DNA from: Squalus acanthias
Taxonomy: Eukaryota
NCBI GenBank assembly: GCA_030390025.1
Contig: CM059431.1
Span: forward strand, 135,162,001 to 135,226,000
Reading direction: 5' to 3'
DNA: 64,000 nt
Part shown: in pieces, positions 62,265-64,000 of the stretch
Position numbering within the stretch: the stretch's first letter is position 1
Layout: each line of letters starts with the position of its first letter
Translations under genes and position numbers: made by a program
The notes under the pieces: generated by a model
What the model was told of the DNA's origin: nothing
Database searches by the model: none
What the model saw: the letters and a program-made list of their open reading frames with translations, nothing else

Positions 62265-63091
62265 ATTATTTTTGTTTAAGGAACAGTGCTCACAGCACAA
62301 ATGTGTAGAACAATATTTCAAGAAACCCAATTTTCCTGGCTTCTTACCAGTGTTTTCACGAGTATAATGAGACCATGGTTCTTTTTGTCCCCATAATTCA
62401 CCAATGTAACTTGTATTTCGCAACAAGTGTATAAACATCAAGATAAAGGCAATTTATTTTGTTATGGAAGTGAAGATTTAAGGGAAAACAGGGAAATACT
62501 ACTGCAGTCTGCTAGTTGATTGTACCCCTGAGTGCAGTGTGCAAAAGGAACTGGAAATTGTTTCTGATGCATCATTAATCTTGGAAGTTTTGGAAACTGT
62601 GTTGGGATCTGCCAGCCTATCACTTTAATCTCTCCAAAGGTCAATAATGGAATGCTACCTGTAAATTAGTCTCTGGGAAACTGCACATAGTGGGGCAATG
62701 ATACTGTACATGCGTTATCCATTGTACTGCTGTGTGAACTGACGCTTCTCATTTTAAAATTGCAACTGAAACAGAAGTGCAAAAATGCAGCACAAAGAAC
62801 ACTGGCTTTGTTTTCCAGAACCCAGTCTGTGAATTTTATTAATTTGACAGACTTGTAGCCCATAGGGACCCACTAACCTTTATCTCCTAGCTGGTACAGA
62901 AAATGGGTTACATACAAGCATTCATAACAATTTCATTAGATTTTGCCTATTTGCATAATGTTTATGCACATTATTGACATATAAATTCAGATACTGGTGC
63001 AGTAGAGGTCCAGCTGTTGAATCTGTAAAAGTGGTATTGTGTGGGGACCAGTCATACTTACTCTAAGCATCCAGTACTCACTAAATGGAAT

Positions 63092-63187
63092 CACACTATT
63101 GTGGTAGTGCCCTCACCCCATGCACACTATTGTGGTAGTCCCCTCACCCCATGCACACTATTGTGGTAGTCCCCTCACCCCATGCAC
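63092..63187. repeat. 31-bp tandem repeat x3
   Basis: CACACTATTGTGGTAGT(G/C)CCCTCACCCCATG three times, no spacers. Confidence 0.95.
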
Positions 63188-63699
63188 TACCCAAATTCAG
63201 GTGCCAATATATATTTGGCGCCCAGGGGACGAAGTTGTGAGACTTTGGATCTGTGGAGATGGACTAAGCAATTCTCACCTCCGAATAGGAAACGGAGTTA
63301 TGTGAAGGCATGAAGTGGGTAAAGAAAAGTTCAGAAGCCGCCGAGGGAAAGAACTGGTAAAATAGAAGTAAAATAAAAACAGATTGTGGTGACTGGAAGC
63401 CACTGTCAATTTATTTTCTTCTAATTGACAAAAGCTAATTTGACAGTCAGATGTTCTCAATCAGAAGAAAATCGGATGGTAGTAGAAGAGGTGGCAGGAG
63501 TTTCTAAAAGAGATCAATAAATGTTTGGTTCTGTCCCAGTCACATTAGTACAAGATTCAGCAATGGTACTTTACCAATTACTCTAGTGCTTAATTACATT
63601 TGGGGGTAAGAGTGGAGTTGGTCACTGATGCTGCTGATGCAAGGCAAAGTGGCATAGCGACCTGGAGAGAATGCAAAGTCGACAACTGACCTTTTAGTG

Positions 63700-63830
63700 C
63701 AGGGGTAGGCAATTATTTGGGCTGGAGGGCCACTTAACAAGTTTTGGTGAGCTGTTGAGGGCCGCACACCAATGTTCCCCCTAAGGTGCATGGCCGCGTG
63801 GGCACGCACCAATCGTGAGGTCCCGCGCAG
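63700..63830. mobile_element. hAT-like end (CAGGGGTAGGCAA) followed by the left end of the 17682 MITE family
   Basis: CAATGTTCCCCCTAAG at 63770; matching right ends not found. Confidence 0.4.
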
Positions 63831-64000
63831 ACTGCTCACCAGCTCCTGTCACTGGAAGAGATATCACGCAGCAAATTTATGAGAATACGGGCCGTATTTT
63901 GCCCACCACTGGTTTAGTGCCTTGTTACAGAAGTAGTTGATGTGAGGGTAACAGGACACTGTATTTAATTTTTCTTCATACTGGCTTTATAATTTGTCCA

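Noticed and set aside
63092..63187. 31-bp repeats as a CRISPR-like array
   Set aside because: Head-to-tail with no spacers; eukaryotic context
63216..63230. Primer-binding-site-like TGGCGCCCAGGGGAC
   Set aside because: Only a partial match to a tRNA-Lys 3' end, with no adjacent LTR end or gag/pol

Overview
Eukaryotic, repeat-saturated window. The repeat families (CR1 LINEs with 7-8 nt tandem tails, a V-domain/HE1-like SINE, Deu-domain SacSINE1-like SINEs, Penelope-like elements) point to a cartilaginous fish, probably a shark; this is inference. No intact host gene is recognisable, only a few weak candidate exons. Most of the window is nested mobile DNA: (1) many decayed CR1 LINEs, one RTE LINE and one L2 fragment; (2) two solo LTRs with 4-bp TSDs; (3) a PIF/Harbinger radiation, comprising decayed two-gene elements (Myb/SANT gene plus HARBI1-type DDE transposase, convergent), internally deleted derivatives and several ~0.7-0.85 kb MITE families with GG(G)..AATT-type ends and 3-bp TSDs; (4) a hAT MITE; (5) Penelope-like remnants carrying minimal hammerhead ribozymes. 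The most striking structure is a TSD-flanked, non-coding, ~740-bp near-perfect fold-back at 5063-5839. It has an intact-looking hammerhead on each strand, and the arm mismatches cluster around the ribozyme. A smaller insertion of the same architecture from a different family lies at 23455-23637. All calls were made by eye, so boundaries without TSD support are approximate.
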